Below are positions 1 through 9,381 of a stretch of 64,000 nt of DNA, piece by piece. Under the pieces are notes generated by a model. It did no database searches and had not been told where the DNA came from. It saw nothing but the letters and a program-made list of their open reading frames with translations. Origin of the DNA: Acidimicrobiales bacterium (GTDB taxonomy: Bacteria; Actinomycetota; Acidimicrobiia; Acidimicrobiales; Aldehydirespiratoraceae); NCBI GenBank assembly GCA_047516945.1, contig JAKZTU010000010.1, forward strand, positions 5,782 to 69,781. Direction: 5' to 3'. Both the position numbers and the translations under genes were made by a program. How positions within the stretch are numbered: position 1 is the stretch's first letter; each line of letters begins with the position of its first letter.

Positions 1-596
1 TTGGACTCGATGTCTCAGATGTCGCCAAAGATCCCATGACGCAGTTCCGCGCTTGGTTCGACCTTTGGGTAGACGTCAACCCTTACATCGCCGACACCAT
101 GGTGTTGTCAACGGTTGACGCCCATGGATGGCCCGATGCCAGGGCCGTTCTGTTGAAAGGCGCCGATAGCCGCGGATTCGTGTTCTATACCAACCGGATG
201 TCTGCCAAGGGCACCCAACTCGAAGCCAACGGCCGTGCCGCGCTCACGATGGTGTGGCGCGAGATTGAGCGGCAAGTACGTGTTGTCGGCGAGGTGAGCC
301 ATGTACCCGAGTCGGAATCCGACGCATATTTCGCGAGTCGTCCTCGCGGCGCCCAGATTGGTGCTGTTGCCAGCGAGCAGTCGGCAGTGCTCGGGTCGCG
401 GGCCGAACTTGAGGCTCGAGTTGTTGAGCTGAACGAGTTGTATCCCGACGAGATACCGAGACCGCCCCACTGGGGCGGGTACCTGGTTACAGCTCAAGGC
501 GTTGAGTTCTGGCAGGGCCGTCCAGACCGTCTTCATGACCGGGTCCGTTACCGCCGAGAAGCGGACGCCTGGATAATCGAGCGTCTCGCCCCCTGA
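1..596 (+). CDS. pdxH: pyridoxamine 5'-phosphate oxidase, 5' end cut by window edge
   Basis: ORF 36..596 stays open in frame back to nt 3. The C-terminus 'FWQGRPDRLHDRVRYRR..WIIERLAP' matches the canonical PdxH C-terminus (E. coli 'FWQGGEHRLHDRFLYQR..W.IDRLAP'). Confidence 0.9.
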   Translation, partial: GLDVSDVAKDPMTQFRAWFDLWVDVNPYIADTMVLSTVDAHGWPDARAVLLKGADSRGFVFYTNRMSAKGTQLEANGRAALTMVWREIERQVRVVGEVSHVPESESDAYFASRPRGAQIGAVASEQSAVLGSRAELEARVVELNELYPDEIPRPPHWGGYLVTAQGVEFWQGRPDRLHDRVRYRREADAWIIERLAP

Positions 597-602
597 CCGC
601 GG

Positions 603-1730
603 TTAGTTGTCGGTTTCCGTGAGGTTGTCAGCAACTGATCTGGATCGGGAGCGGAGATAACGAGCAAACCGCCGCCAAACGAGCCAGACGAGCAGTGCCG
701 TGAGTGCAGCTTCGATAGGCACGCCGAAGCGCAACGGGTCGCTGAACCAATGAACAACCCGCAGCGGCCATCCTCCGATGAAGCGGAGCAGCGGCAAGAA
801 AATGAACTCTCCCTGGTTGAACAGAAACTCAATGATCAGGTAGCTGCAGATAAAACCAGCGCTGACACTGAATCGCTTGATTCTGTCGGTTTCGAGATCT
901 CGCCAACCGATGATCAGCGCGCCGATCACCCCGAGCACACTGATCACCGCGATGCGCTCCGGGGTGGTGTCCTGGATCCAGTTGTTGACCGCCGCTTGCA
1001 TCTCCAGAAAACTGTCAACCCTCGGGCTCGAGTAGTTGCTGCCCGACAACAGCCGGATCTCGAAGTAGCCGTAGTCGATCAGATAGAGACCCGCGATCAA
1101 GAGCACCAGACCCGAGAAACGGCCCACGTAGGGCAGCACCTGCCGCATCCCTTTGGCCACGTCGGTTTTGGCGAGCGCCAAGCTCATTGTCAAAAAGGTG
1201 ATCAGAGCGCCCATACCGAGCGCATAAGCGAGGAAGTTACCAAATCCTTCCAACCATCCGTCGGTTGTGAACGAGGTTGTGACCGACGACAGAAACAACC
1301 CGATCGTGCACGACAACGAGACGACCGCGTAGCTCACACCAAAAAGAAACACCGATGAGAGATCCCGACTGCCGGTTCCCAGGTTCAGTTTCGGGAGCCG
1401 CAGCACGAAGTCCTTGCCCAGCGCCATGAAGACACCCAAGGGAAGCATCAACACGCCGATCGCGATCGTCAGATAACCCGTGTACTCAAATACCGTGCCT
1501 TGGTTGATGAACGTTTCGAATGCCACGCCGCAGATCCCGAACACGGCGACAAATCCCGCAGTCATCACCAAGCCCACCACCAGGCCGCGCACAATGGTGG
1601 CTAGCCGACTGGCTTTGTTGTCACCGTCAACACCCAGAAAATACGACAGGTAGACGGGCAGCAAGGCGAAACCACACGGGTTGAACGCGGCAACCAAACC
1701 AAGCGCGAAAGGAAAAGCGTAGACACCCAT
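603..1730 (-). CDS. CcdA/DsbD-family thiol-disulfide electron-transfer membrane protein with C-terminal membrane extension
   Basis: N-terminal TM with 'AAFNPCGFALLPVYL' and a second TM cysteine 'SLSCTIGLF'. Polytopic, and sits next to a TlpA-like thioredoxin. Confidence 0.75.
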   Translation of the reverse strand: MGVYAFPFALGLVAAFNPCGFALLPVYLSYFLGVDGDNKASRLATIVRGLVVGLVMTAGFVAVFGICGVAFETFINQGTVFEYTGYLTIAIGVLMLPLGVFMALGKDFVLRLPKLNLGTGSRDLSSVFLFGVSYAVVSLSCTIGLFLSSVTTSFTTDGWLEGFGNFLAYALGMGALITFLTMSLALAKTDVAKGMRQVLPYVGRFSGLVLLIAGLYLIDYGYFEIRLLSGSNYSSPRVDSFLEMQAAVNNWIQDTTPERIAVISVLGVIGALIIGWRDLETDRIKRFSVSAGFICSYLIIEFLFNQGEFIFLPLLRFIGGWPLRVVHWFSDPLRFGVPIEAALTALLVWLVWRRFARYLRSRSRSVADNLTETDN

Positions 1731-1770
1731 CAGCGGACCTCCGTCATGTTTGCTATCAGAATCCGTCCCA

Positions 1771-2340
1771 TTAGAGCAGGTGCTCCGTGATCAGGTCGCG
1801 TAGTCCCTCAGTGGTGAGCACGCCGGCCCACTGCTCCACAACCACTCCGTCGCGATCAACCATCAGCGTGCTGGGCATGCCAAACAAGCGTAGTTCTGGG
1901 AACAGCGACCCGTCCCGGTCCCATCCCGATGGATAAGACACTCCAGTATCGGCCAGCAAGTCGAGCGACGGCGCGGCGGAGTCGTCGCGGCTGATGCCGA
2001 TGAAGTTCACCTGATCTTTGAGTTCCTGGTAGACGGATTCAAACTCGGGCAGCTCGGCCCGGCACGGACCGCACCAAGCAGCGAAGAAGTTGACTACCAG
2101 CGGCTTGTCGAGATGGCTTGCGAATGTGTCTTGGCTATCACCAACCAGTGAGGCGAACCCAAGATCGCGAATAGACCCGTCGACAGGCGCGGTTTGAACG
2201 TCCTCAGTTTCGGGACTGAGTGCTCCGTTGCTGAGATCGATGGTATTGGCGTCACCAAAATCGCTAGAGGTGTCGTCACCACAAGCAGCGACCAACACAA
2301 CGGTCAACAAGACCGCGGCGAATTTACAGAACAAGGGCAT
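1771..2340 (-). CDS. TlpA/ResA-family thioredoxin-like lipoprotein (thiol:disulfide oxidoreductase)
   Basis: 'FFAAWCGPCRAELPEF' CxxC motif and lipobox 'LVAACGDD'. I prefer the internal ATG at 2340 (MPLFCKF..) over the track start at 2397. Confidence 0.8.
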   Translation of the reverse strand: MPLFCKFAAVLLTVVLVAACGDDTSSDFGDANTIDLSNGALSPETEDVQTAPVDGSIRDLGFASLVGDSQDTFASHLDKPLVVNFFAAWCGPCRAELPEFESVYQELKDQVNFIGISRDDSAAPSLDLLADTGVSYPSGWDRDGSLFPELRLFGMPSTLMVDRDGVVVEQWAGVLTTEGLRDLITEHLL

Positions 2341-2492
2341 CAGAACTCCGGCACGAAGACTCCGCCAAAACGCTACCTCGCAGAACGCCCCAGCCACCCT
2401 CGGCCTAGCGGCCGCTCGGGCGCTGATCGACCAAGAACCGGGGCTCGCGTAAACCGTTGCCCGGGTTCTCAGAGGAGTGGTCGATCAGCGCC

Positions 2493-2855
2493 TTAAGCGG
2501 TCCGCCGTTCCGCTCGTTCCCGAAGATGCATTGGCACCGGAATCACCGGCATCAGATCCTCGGGACGAGCCACCTTCCGAGGACGACCCCGACGGCGTTT
2601 GACGGTCAGCATCTCGCCGTTCATGAAGAGCTGCCCACCCCAGACTCCCCATCGCTCTTGGTTGTTCAGAGCAGTTTCGAGGCATGGTGCGATCACTGGG
2701 CACTCGGCGCAGACACGTTTGGCAGCAGAAATCTCGCCGATGTCGTCGGAGAAAAACAAGTCATAGGCGTTATTTACCGTCTTGCAGGCCGCGTGCGTCT
2801 CCCAAGCGGTGTTGTGGGCTGGGAGTTGTTCAGTGATGTCGACGAGGGTGGACAT
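2493..2855 (-). CDS. whiB7: WhiB7-like transcriptional regulator (Wbl Fe-S protein with C-terminal AT-hook)
   Basis: Four Cys ('HAACKT..', 'VCAECPVIAPC'), 'ERWGVWGGQLF', then the AT-hook 'KRRRGRPRK'. ATG at 2855 is preceded by GAAGGAGA. The 195-aa track ORF is an upstream read-through. Confidence 0.85.
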   Translation of the reverse strand: MSTLVDITEQLPAHNTAWETHAACKTVNNAYDLFFSDDIGEISAAKRVCAECPVIAPCLETALNNQERWGVWGGQLFMNGEMLTVKRRRGRPRKVARPEDLMPVIPVPMHLRERAERRTA

Positions 2856-2961
2856 GGCCCCGTCTCCTTCCGTGTCTTGGGTTTCAATGTGTCGGCGGTT
2901 TTCTTCTTCTGTCGGTTTCTTGTCTGGCGGGTTTCTTGTGCGGTGAGAACTGGTTGGGCAA

Positions 2962-3000
2962 CGCAGAAAGGCCGCTGGGATTACCGGCGGCCTTTCTGCG
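2962..3000 (-). promoter_or_regulatory. very strong hairpin in the whiB7-like 5' leader (candidate attenuator/terminator)
   Basis: cgcagaaaggccgc (2962-2975) is perfectly complementary to gcggcctttctgcg (2987-3000). The stem extends to about 17 bp around the loop gatta. It lies 107-145 nt upstream of the whiB7-like ATG, and no upstream gene exists for it to terminate. Confidence 0.5.
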
Positions 3001-3265
3001 TACTTCCCGTTGTTGGGTCTGGTTACCCAGAGGGAGCGCCGAAGGGCCGCGGGTTGAAATACGGCTTCGTGGCAAACCAAGAAGCCGGCATGACCGTCTG
3101 CACATTTACGCGCGCGGCAATGTCAGCTTGAAGCTGATGCTCGGTGCGATGAATGTTGCTCATGGCGGTCCTTTTTCTGCGGCCGGAAGCTCCGGCGAGA
3201 ACAGAGTGGCGGACTTCAGCCTATATGTCAACCGACTTAAATTGCACCGCAGGCACATCTGGAGT

Positions 3266-3298
3266 GTTCACCGGGTGTTCACCCTTGGTTCACTTGTT
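3266..3298 (+). promoter_or_regulatory. PHO box: three 11-nt direct repeat units (GTTCACC core) upstream of pstS
   Basis: GTTCACCgggt / GTTCACCcttg / GTTCACTtgtt start at 3266, 3277 and 3288 (exact 11-nt phasing), about 90 nt upstream of the pstS ATG. Confidence 0.7.
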
Positions 3299-3385
3299 TG
3301 AGGGTGCGGATTCGCAAAGCTCCCTTAACTTGGCGTCGGAAGCGGTTCGCGCAACGCGGGCCCATCCTCATCGGAAGGAACACCT

Positions 3386-4369
3386 ATGAGTCGCTTGAAG
3401 CGTGTGGTTCGGCTGCTGGTGGTGGCTGTGAGTGTCGCGCTCGCAGCATCGGCGTGTGGTGGTTCAGCCGATTCCGGCGGTCCTTCTGGCGAGATCTTCA
3501 TCTCTGGTTCCTCGACGGTTGAACCCGTGTCGGTGAGAGTGCAGGAGCTGTTCAACGACATCTACCCCGACGTCAACATTGCTGTTGACGGACCCGGAAC
3601 TGGCGATGGTTTCGCCCTCTTTTGCAGCGGTGAGACCGACATCTCCGACGCCTCACGGGCGATCAAAGACAGCGAAGCAGAAGAATGCGCGGCCAACGGA
3701 ATCAACTATGTGGAGTTGCAGGTCGGTATCGATGGCCTAGCCGTCATGACCAACTCCACCAATGATCCCGTTGAGTGTGTTTCGTTCGCCGATCTCTACG
3801 CGCTCACCGGTCCTGAAGCGACAGGAAGCGGTTCGTGGGCTGATGTCAATGCTGTTTCGGCCGAACTTGGTGGTGCCGGCAACCTCCCTGACTTGCCGCT
3901 CGACATTTTCGGTCCGGGAGAAGAGTCCGGCACCTTCGATACTTTCGTCGAACTGGTGATTGAAGACCCAGCAGAAGAGCGGGGCCAACTCGCGACTACC
4001 CGTCCCGACTACAACCCCTCAGGTGATGACAACGTCATCCTCCAGGGCATCACCGGTGCCGACGCCTCGCTTGGTTGGGTGGGCTTCGCATTCGCCAACA
4101 ACGTGGATGGGGTCAAGCTCCTTGCCGTTGATGACGGTGAGAGCGGATGCGTTGACGCCACGCCTGACACCATCGCTTCAGGTGACTACCCGTTGAGTCG
4201 CCCTCTATTCATTTACGTCAACTCCGATACGGCAGACACCAGCCCCGCACTGAAGGCCTATGTCGACTTCTACGTGGCAGATGGCCTTGATCAGGCTGTG
4301 GGCGAAGTCGGTTATGTGGCGCTCACCGAGGCAGCCAAAAACGATGTCCGTGCCACTTGGGCCGGCTGA
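3386..4369 (+). CDS. pstS: phosphate ABC transporter substrate-binding lipoprotein
   Basis: Lipobox 'LAASACGGS', 'ISGSSTVEP', PBP-like_2 style sequence. It is the first gene of a pstSCAB array. Confidence 0.9.
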   Translation: MSRLKRVVRLLVVAVSVALAASACGGSADSGGPSGEIFISGSSTVEPVSVRVQELFNDIYPDVNIAVDGPGTGDGFALFCSGETDISDASRAIKDSEAEECAANGINYVELQVGIDGLAVMTNSTNDPVECVSFADLYALTGPEATGSGSWADVNAVSAELGGAGNLPDLPLDIFGPGEESGTFDTFVELVIEDPAEERGQLATTRPDYNPSGDDNVILQGITGADASLGWVGFAFANNVDGVKLLAVDDGESGCVDATPDTIASGDYPLSRPLFIYVNSDTADTSPALKAYVDFYVADGLDQAVGEVGYVALTEAAKNDVRATWAG

Positions 4370-5337
4370 ATCCCGATGAGCAATTACTACTAATGGCCGC
4401 TCCTGTTGCACCTGAACGGCCTTTGGGCCTCGATTCGCTTGCCGGCTCGCCCCGGCGGGTGCGAAAGGAGCGGTTCATCGGCCGTGTGATGTTCAGCGCC
4501 GCACTGGTATCGGTGGTGGTCTCGGCGCTGATCATCTACGTGTTGTTCTCTGAGGCTTGGATCTTCATGCGCGATGTTGACTGGTCGAGTACCTGGGGTC
4601 AGCTCGGCTGGTTTCCGCGACGCGGGATTTATGACATGCCGACTCTGTTGGTGGCGAGCCTTTGGACAACTTTCATCGCCATGATCGTGGCCGCACCGCT
4701 CGGGTTGGGTGCCGCGATCTATCTTTCGGAATATGCCCGACCGACTCACCGGGCAATATTCAAACCCATACTCGAGATCCTCGCTGGAATCCCCAGTGTG
4801 GTTCTTGGCTTCTTCGCCTTGTTGTGGTTGGCCCCCAACGTGGTGGCCAACATTGGCGGTGAAGGCGGCCGTGGCTCAATGCTGACCGCAGGTATCGGTG
4901 TGGGGATTCTCACGGTCCCCTTAGTGGCGTCGATCTCCGAAGACGCGATGACCGCGGTTCCGAAGTCGCTGCGTGAGGCCTCCGCAGCACTCGGCGCGCG
5001 CAATGCTGTGACGACGTTGCGGGTGGTGTTGCCCGCCGCTGTGTCGGGGTTGGTCGCATCTCTCATCGTGGCTGTATCCCGTGCCCTTGGGGAGACCATG
5101 GTTGTGTTCATGGCGGGTGGTGCAGCTGATGCGGCTATCAAGACGTATTCGCCTTACGAAGGCAGCCTGACGATGCCTTCGGCTATGGCCTCTCTGGCTT
5201 CGGGCACAGATCAAGTGGTTGGCGAGGGATTGACCTTCCAGAGCCTCTTCTTTGTCGGTCTGGTGCTTTTTTTGTTGACCCTGGGGCTCAACCTGATAGG
5301 CGATCGCTTCGTGTCGCGAATCCGCGAGCAGTACTGA
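4357..5337 (+). CDS. pstC: phosphate ABC transporter permease
   Basis: Polytopic permease with 'PILEILAGIPSVVLGFF' and the EAA-type loop 'SLREASAALGA'. The true start may be a little downstream (Met at 4393). Confidence 0.88.
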   Translation: MGRLNPDEQLLLMAAPVAPERPLGLDSLAGSPRRVRKERFIGRVMFSAALVSVVVSALIIYVLFSEAWIFMRDVDWSSTWGQLGWFPRRGIYDMPTLLVASLWTTFIAMIVAAPLGLGAAIYLSEYARPTHRAIFKPILEILAGIPSVVLGFFALLWLAPNVVANIGGEGGRGSMLTAGIGVGILTVPLVASISEDAMTAVPKSLREASAALGARNAVTTLRVVLPAAVSGLVASLIVAVSRALGETMVVFMAGGAADAAIKTYSPYEGSLTMPSAMASLASGTDQVVGEGLTFQSLFFVGLVLFLLTLGLNLIGDRFVSRIREQY

Positions 5338-5347
5338 GGCGGATGAC

Positions 5348-6328
5348 ATGACGTTCACGACGATAGGCACGGTCGCTAAGCGGGGTGTCGTCGGTTTTGA
5401 GAAGAAAAAAATCGACGTTGCGGGAGGACTTTTTAAAGGACTCATAATGTTGGCCCTTCTCGTGTCGCTGCTCATTTTGGGAGTGCTGCTCGTCGACACT
5501 GTTGTCGACGGCTGGGCTCAACTGTCAACACGGGCTTGGGACTTCTTGAACGGCACCCTTCGTTCTCGCTCCATAGACGACAGACTCGGCGTGAAACAGG
5601 GTTTGTACGGTTCGTTGTGGATTGGTGTCTTCGTTGCTGTGACTGCTTTTCCAATTGGCGTCGGGTCAGCCGTCTATCTGGAGGAATATGCGTTGAAGTC
5701 CCGCTGGACCTCAACTATCGAATTGATGATCAGGAATCTCGCAGGTGTGCCATCGGTGGTCTACGGACTTCTTGGCCTTTTTTTGTTCGTCGAACGCAGC
5801 ACCATCTTCGGTTTCATCGGTCTCGGTTGGCTAGCTGAGGCAACCGGGGGCCGTTCTGTTGTCTCGGCTGGAATGACTCTGTCGGTACTGGTTCTACCGA
5901 TCGTGGTGATCACCGCACAAGAAGCGGTGCGTTCAGTTCCCTCTGGCCTCAAAGAGGGAGCGTATGGCCTTGGTGCCACCAAGTCTGAGATGGTTCGGAC
6001 TCAGATTCTGCCTTACGCCGCGCCGGGCATTCTGACCGGCACGTTGTTGGCCATGTCGCGCGCAATCGGCGAAGCTGCGCCGCTGATTCTTATTGGCGCG
6101 ATCAGTGGTGGATTGACCCGTAACCCTGATTTGTGGGATACCTCCGGGTTGCGGGAGAAGTTCACGGCGCTTCCGATAATCATCGTGAAATGGGTAAGTG
6201 AACGCGGTCGCGACCCCGGTTTTTCAACCGCCGCGGCCGCCGCCATCGTGGTGCTCTTAATGCTTGTGCTGTTGCTGAATATGACAGCAATTCTGCTCCG
6301 AAACCGGTTTGAGAAGAAGCGAGGCTGA
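5348..6328 (+). CDS. pstA: phosphate ABC transporter permease
   Basis: Polytopic, with the EAA loop 'GLKEGAYGLGATKSEM'. Its position lies between pstC and pstB. Confidence 0.88.
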   Translation: MTFTTIGTVAKRGVVGFEKKKIDVAGGLFKGLIMLALLVSLLILGVLLVDTVVDGWAQLSTRAWDFLNGTLRSRSIDDRLGVKQGLYGSLWIGVFVAVTAFPIGVGSAVYLEEYALKSRWTSTIELMIRNLAGVPSVVYGLLGLFLFVERSTIFGFIGLGWLAEATGGRSVVSAGMTLSVLVLPIVVITAQEAVRSVPSGLKEGAYGLGATKSEMVRTQILPYAAPGILTGTLLAMSRAIGEAAPLILIGAISGGLTRNPDLWDTSGLREKFTALPIIIVKWVSERGRDPGFSTAAAAAIVVLLMLVLLLNMTAILLRNRFEKKRG

Positions 6329-6331
6329 CTG

Positions 6332-7258
6332 ATGAGGTCAATTCATGAAACTATGCTTGACACGACAAACGACAACTCCGAGGAACCTGACATGTCGGTG
6401 ACCGATGATCTAACTGAGGCGTCCGATTTGAGTCCGTTGCTTGAAGCGTCCTCAGAGAACCCTCTGGAACCCGATGTGGTATTCGATGTTGAAGAACTCA
6501 ATGTGTATTACGGGGAGTTCCAGGCAGTTCGAGATGCCAGCCTCAAGGTCCACGAGAACGAGATCACTGCGTTTATTGGACCGTCGGGCTGCGGCAAGAC
6601 CACGCTTTTGCGATGCTTCAACCGCATGAACGACTTGATCGAGACGGCTCGTGTCACCGGCTCGCTCCGGTACTACGGTGTTGATCTCTATGACCGGCAG
6701 GTCGACGCGGTTGAGGTTCGTCGCCGGATTGGGATGGTATTTCAAAAACCCAACCCATTTCCGAAGTCGATCTGGGCCAACGTCGCTTACGGCCCGCGAG
6801 TAGCCGGGTTGGCCAGAAAAGGCCCGGCGATGGACGACATCGTGGAGAATTCGCTGCGCAAGGCCGCGCTCTGGGATGAAGTCAAGGACCGGCTCGATCA
6901 GAATGCCCTGGGTTTGTCTGGTGGGCAGCAGCAGCGCTTGTGTATCGCTCGGGCGATTGCCACCGACCCCGACGTGTTGCTTATGGACGAGCCGTGCTCG
7001 GCGCTGGACCCCATTGCTACAACCCGTATTGAGGAACTGATGCACGGACTGAAGCACGACTATTCGATTGTTATAGTCACCCACAACATGCAGCAGGCCG
7101 CTCGGGTCAGTGATCGCACTGCCTTCTTCTCGGTGGACGTAAATCCAGAGTCCGACGCCAGAACCGGTGTATTGGTGGAATACGACTGGACGCAACAAAT
7201 ATTCTCGAATCCCTCCGATGAGCGAACCGAGAACTATGTGACCGGCCGCTTCGGATGA
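6332..7258 (+). CDS. pstB: phosphate ABC transporter ATP-binding protein (acidic ~50-aa N-terminal extension or later start)
   Basis: Walker A 'GPSGCGKTT', signature '[14 protein letters not shown]', Walker B '[12 protein letters not shown]', and the PstB-type end '[10 protein letters not shown]'. Confidence 0.92.
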   Translation: MRSIHETMLDTTNDNSEEPDMSVTDDLTEASDLSPLLEASSENPLEPDVVFDVEELNVYYGEFQAVRDASLKVHENEITAFIGPSGCGKTTLLRCFNRMNDLIETARVTGSLRYYGVDLYDRQVDAVEVRRRIGMVFQKPNPFPKSIWANVAYGPRVAGLARKGPAMDDIVENSLRKAALWDEVKDRLDQNALGLSGGQQQRLCIARAIATDPDVLLMDEPCSALDPIATTRIEELMHGLKHDYSIVIVTHNMQQAARVSDRTAFFSVDVNPESDARTGVLVEYDWTQQIFSNPSDERTENYVTGRFG

Positions 7259-7275
7259 GATGAGAGGAGGACACG

Positions 7276-7998
7276 GTGACTGAAGAACTCCGCAAGACCT
7301 ATCACGAAGAGCTTGAGTCGATCCGTGAGGCCATCGTTCGCATGGCGGGTGTTGTCGGTGAGACCATCCCGCGCGGAACAGAAGCGTTCTTGTCGGGAGA
7401 CCTCGCCGAGGCGCAGCGAATTATTGCGGACGACGACGCGGTTGACGCAATGTCAGTGGAGCTTGAGGAACGCTGTTACCAACTTCTGGCTTTGCAGCAG
7501 CCAATGGCATCAGACTTGCGAGCTATCACGACGGCTTTGTGGATGAACGCGGAGATCGAACGTTCCGGTGATTTGATGGCCAACATCGCCCAAGCGACTC
7601 GCCGCGTTTATGGCAGTTCTATCGGCCCCCGAATCCGGGGTTTGATTGCCCAAATGAGCGAGGAGGCCGCACGTCTAGTGCGGTTGGCGATCGACAGTTA
7701 CGCAGAAGGCAACAGTGGGCTGGCGGTCGCTCTTGATGACATTGACGACCGACTTGATGAGCTTCATCTGGATGCCATAGGGGCGATCTTTGAAAGCAAC
7801 CGCGAGCATGCCTTTGATTTGCAGGTGGGAGTGCAATTGGCGCTTGTTTGCCGGTTTTACGAACGGATCGGCGATCACGCGGTGAACATGGGTGAACGCG
7901 TTCGCTATATGGTCGATGGTTGGCTGCCCGAACACTCTGGCGCCCTGCGGGCGAAGGCTCGACTGGCCGAATTTGGCGTCGTCCCCGACGAGACTTGA
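7276..7998 (+). CDS. phoU: phosphate signalling complex protein PhoU
   Basis: Two PhoU repeats ('NAEIERSGDLMANIA', 'FYERIGDHAVNMGE'). It follows pstB directly. Confidence 0.88.
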   Translation: MTEELRKTYHEELESIREAIVRMAGVVGETIPRGTEAFLSGDLAEAQRIIADDDAVDAMSVELEERCYQLLALQQPMASDLRAITTALWMNAEIERSGDLMANIAQATRRVYGSSIGPRIRGLIAQMSEEAARLVRLAIDSYAEGNSGLAVALDDIDDRLDELHLDAIGAIFESNREHAFDLQVGVQLALVCRFYERIGDHAVNMGERVRYMVDGWLPEHSGALRAKARLAEFGVVPDET

Positions 7999-8013
7999 TA
8001 GGAGCGGTTTGGC

Positions 8014-9381
8014 ATGACAGCGCTGTTGGTCGCTTTGGCAGTAGCAGCGGCCGGTGCGCTGGGGATTCTGGTCGTGGGACTTCGGCAACGGCGCCTTGTC
8101 AACCAGCATCTTGATCGCATCGCCAATCGTGTTTCGGGTGTCGTCGCTCCAGCGTCGAAAACACCCGCGGCTGCGGTGAAGCGTCTTGAGATGGTGCTTG
8201 AGGCCAGCGACGCTGAGCGACAGTTGCGGGGAACTGAACGCCGGTATGAGGCCGCCCTTGAGGCGATTGATATGGGCGTTGTTGTTGTCGACGAAGGCGA
8301 GGGGGTCGTTTATAGCAACAGTTCTGCTAGTTGGTACCGTGAAGGCAGGCACAGCGAAGCTGTCATTGCTCAGAAGATTGATGAGTTGATTCACTCCTCG
8401 GTAAGAGGCGAGAGGGTTGAACAGAGCGTTGCGCTTTATGGGCCGCCGCGGCGCGTGTTGTTCGTCTCGGCAATACCGATCCTTATCGAGGGTGACCTTG
8501 TGGGAGCCATTGCGCTCATTCACGATGTCACCGAGTTGGAGCACAGCAATGCTATTCGGCGCGACTTTGTGTCCAATATCAGCCACGAACTCCGCACACC
8601 GATTGGTGCAGTGTCGCTGCTTGCCGAAACGCTGATCGGCGAGCATGACCCCGAAGTGATCGACTCGCTCGCCAATCGCCTGCTTGTTGAAGCAGAGCGG
8701 CTGGCTAGCACGGTGCAGGATTTGCTTGAACTCAGTCGAATTGAACACAGCGACGATTCTGAGTTTTCCCCGGTTGCTATTCGAGGCGTGGTTGGTGGAG
8801 CGCATGATCGGGTGCGCGCGGCGGCTTCACAACGCGGCGTAATGATCAACGTCGAATCGCCGGAACTCGATTTTCTGGTGCGCGGTGACCGTCGTCAGCT
8901 CACTTCAGCGGTGTTCAATTTGCTTGACAACGGCATAAAGTTCTCGAACCCGGGTGGCGGCTCCATATCGGTGCACATCCGCGAGGTTCACGGTCGGGTT
9001 GAGGTTGAGGTTTCTGACAGCGGTATCGGCATCCCGCGTCAGGATTTGGACCGCATATTCGAACGCTTCTACCGAGTTGATCGAGGACGTAGCCGCATGA
9101 CTGGTGGTACCGGCCTTGGTCTGTCAATGGTGCGCCACATTGCCGCCAATCACCGAGGCCGTGTGTCGGTTGAGTCGACCGAGGGAGAAGGAGCAACCTT
9201 CACCATGGAACTCCCATTGATCCCAGACCACGGTGAAGACGACCCCGACGCTCTCAATGACCATCTAGCTTCCACGACTCCGGCTGCGCCCGGGAACAGC
9301 ACCACGGCTCCGGCTCCGGCTACGCCCGGCGAAAGCACCGCGCCCGGCGAAAGCACCGTGCCCGGCGAAAGCACGCCATGA
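8014..9381 (+). CDS. sensor histidine kinase, SenX3/PhoR type, with repetitive Pro/Gly/Glu/Ser/Thr tail
   Basis: N-terminal TM, H-box 'ISHELRTPIGAV', N box 'NLLDNGIKFS', G boxes 'DSGIGI' and 'GGTGLGLSMV'. The tail is 'PGESTAPGESTVPGESTP'. Confidence 0.85.
   Translation: MTALLVALAVAAAGALGILVVGLRQRRLVNQHLDRIANRVSGVVAPASKTPAAAVKRLEMVLEASDAERQLRGTERRYEAALEAIDMGVVVVDEGEGVVYSNSSASWYREGRHSEAVIAQKIDELIHSSVRGERVEQSVALYGPPRRVLFVSAIPILIEGDLVGAIALIHDVTELEHSNAIRRDFVSNISHELRTPIGAVSLLAETLIGEHDPEVIDSLANRLLVEAERLASTVQDLLELSRIEHSDDSEFSPVAIRGVVGGAHDRVRAAASQRGVMINVESPELDFLVRGDRRQLTSAVFNLLDNGIKFSNPGGGSISVHIREVHGRVEVEVSDSGIGIPRQDLDRIFERFYRVDRGRSRMTGGTGLGLSMVRHIAANHRGRVSVESTEGEGATFTMELPLIPDHGEDDPDALNDHLASTTPAAPGNSTTAPAPATPGESTAPGESTVPGESTP

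Noticed and set aside
2457-3131. 224-aa (+) ORF, 73-aa (-) ORF (2884-3105) and other ORFs across the whiB7-like gene and its leader.
   Set aside because: The + ORF is antisense to the Wbl gene. The 73-aa ORF is Arg/Pro-rich and runs through the 17-bp hairpin. It could hide a short regulatory uORF, but it cannot be supported as a protein gene.
7675-8805. Long antisense ORFs inside well-supported genes. Examples are 7675-8805(-), 16166-17107(-), 41710-42669(-), 61336-62187(-), 35632-36336(+) and 23415-24035(-).
   Set aside because: These are typical high-GC shadow ORFs. They have Arg/Pro/Ser/Gly-rich composition and no motifs, and each lies fully opposite a gene with clear family signatures.
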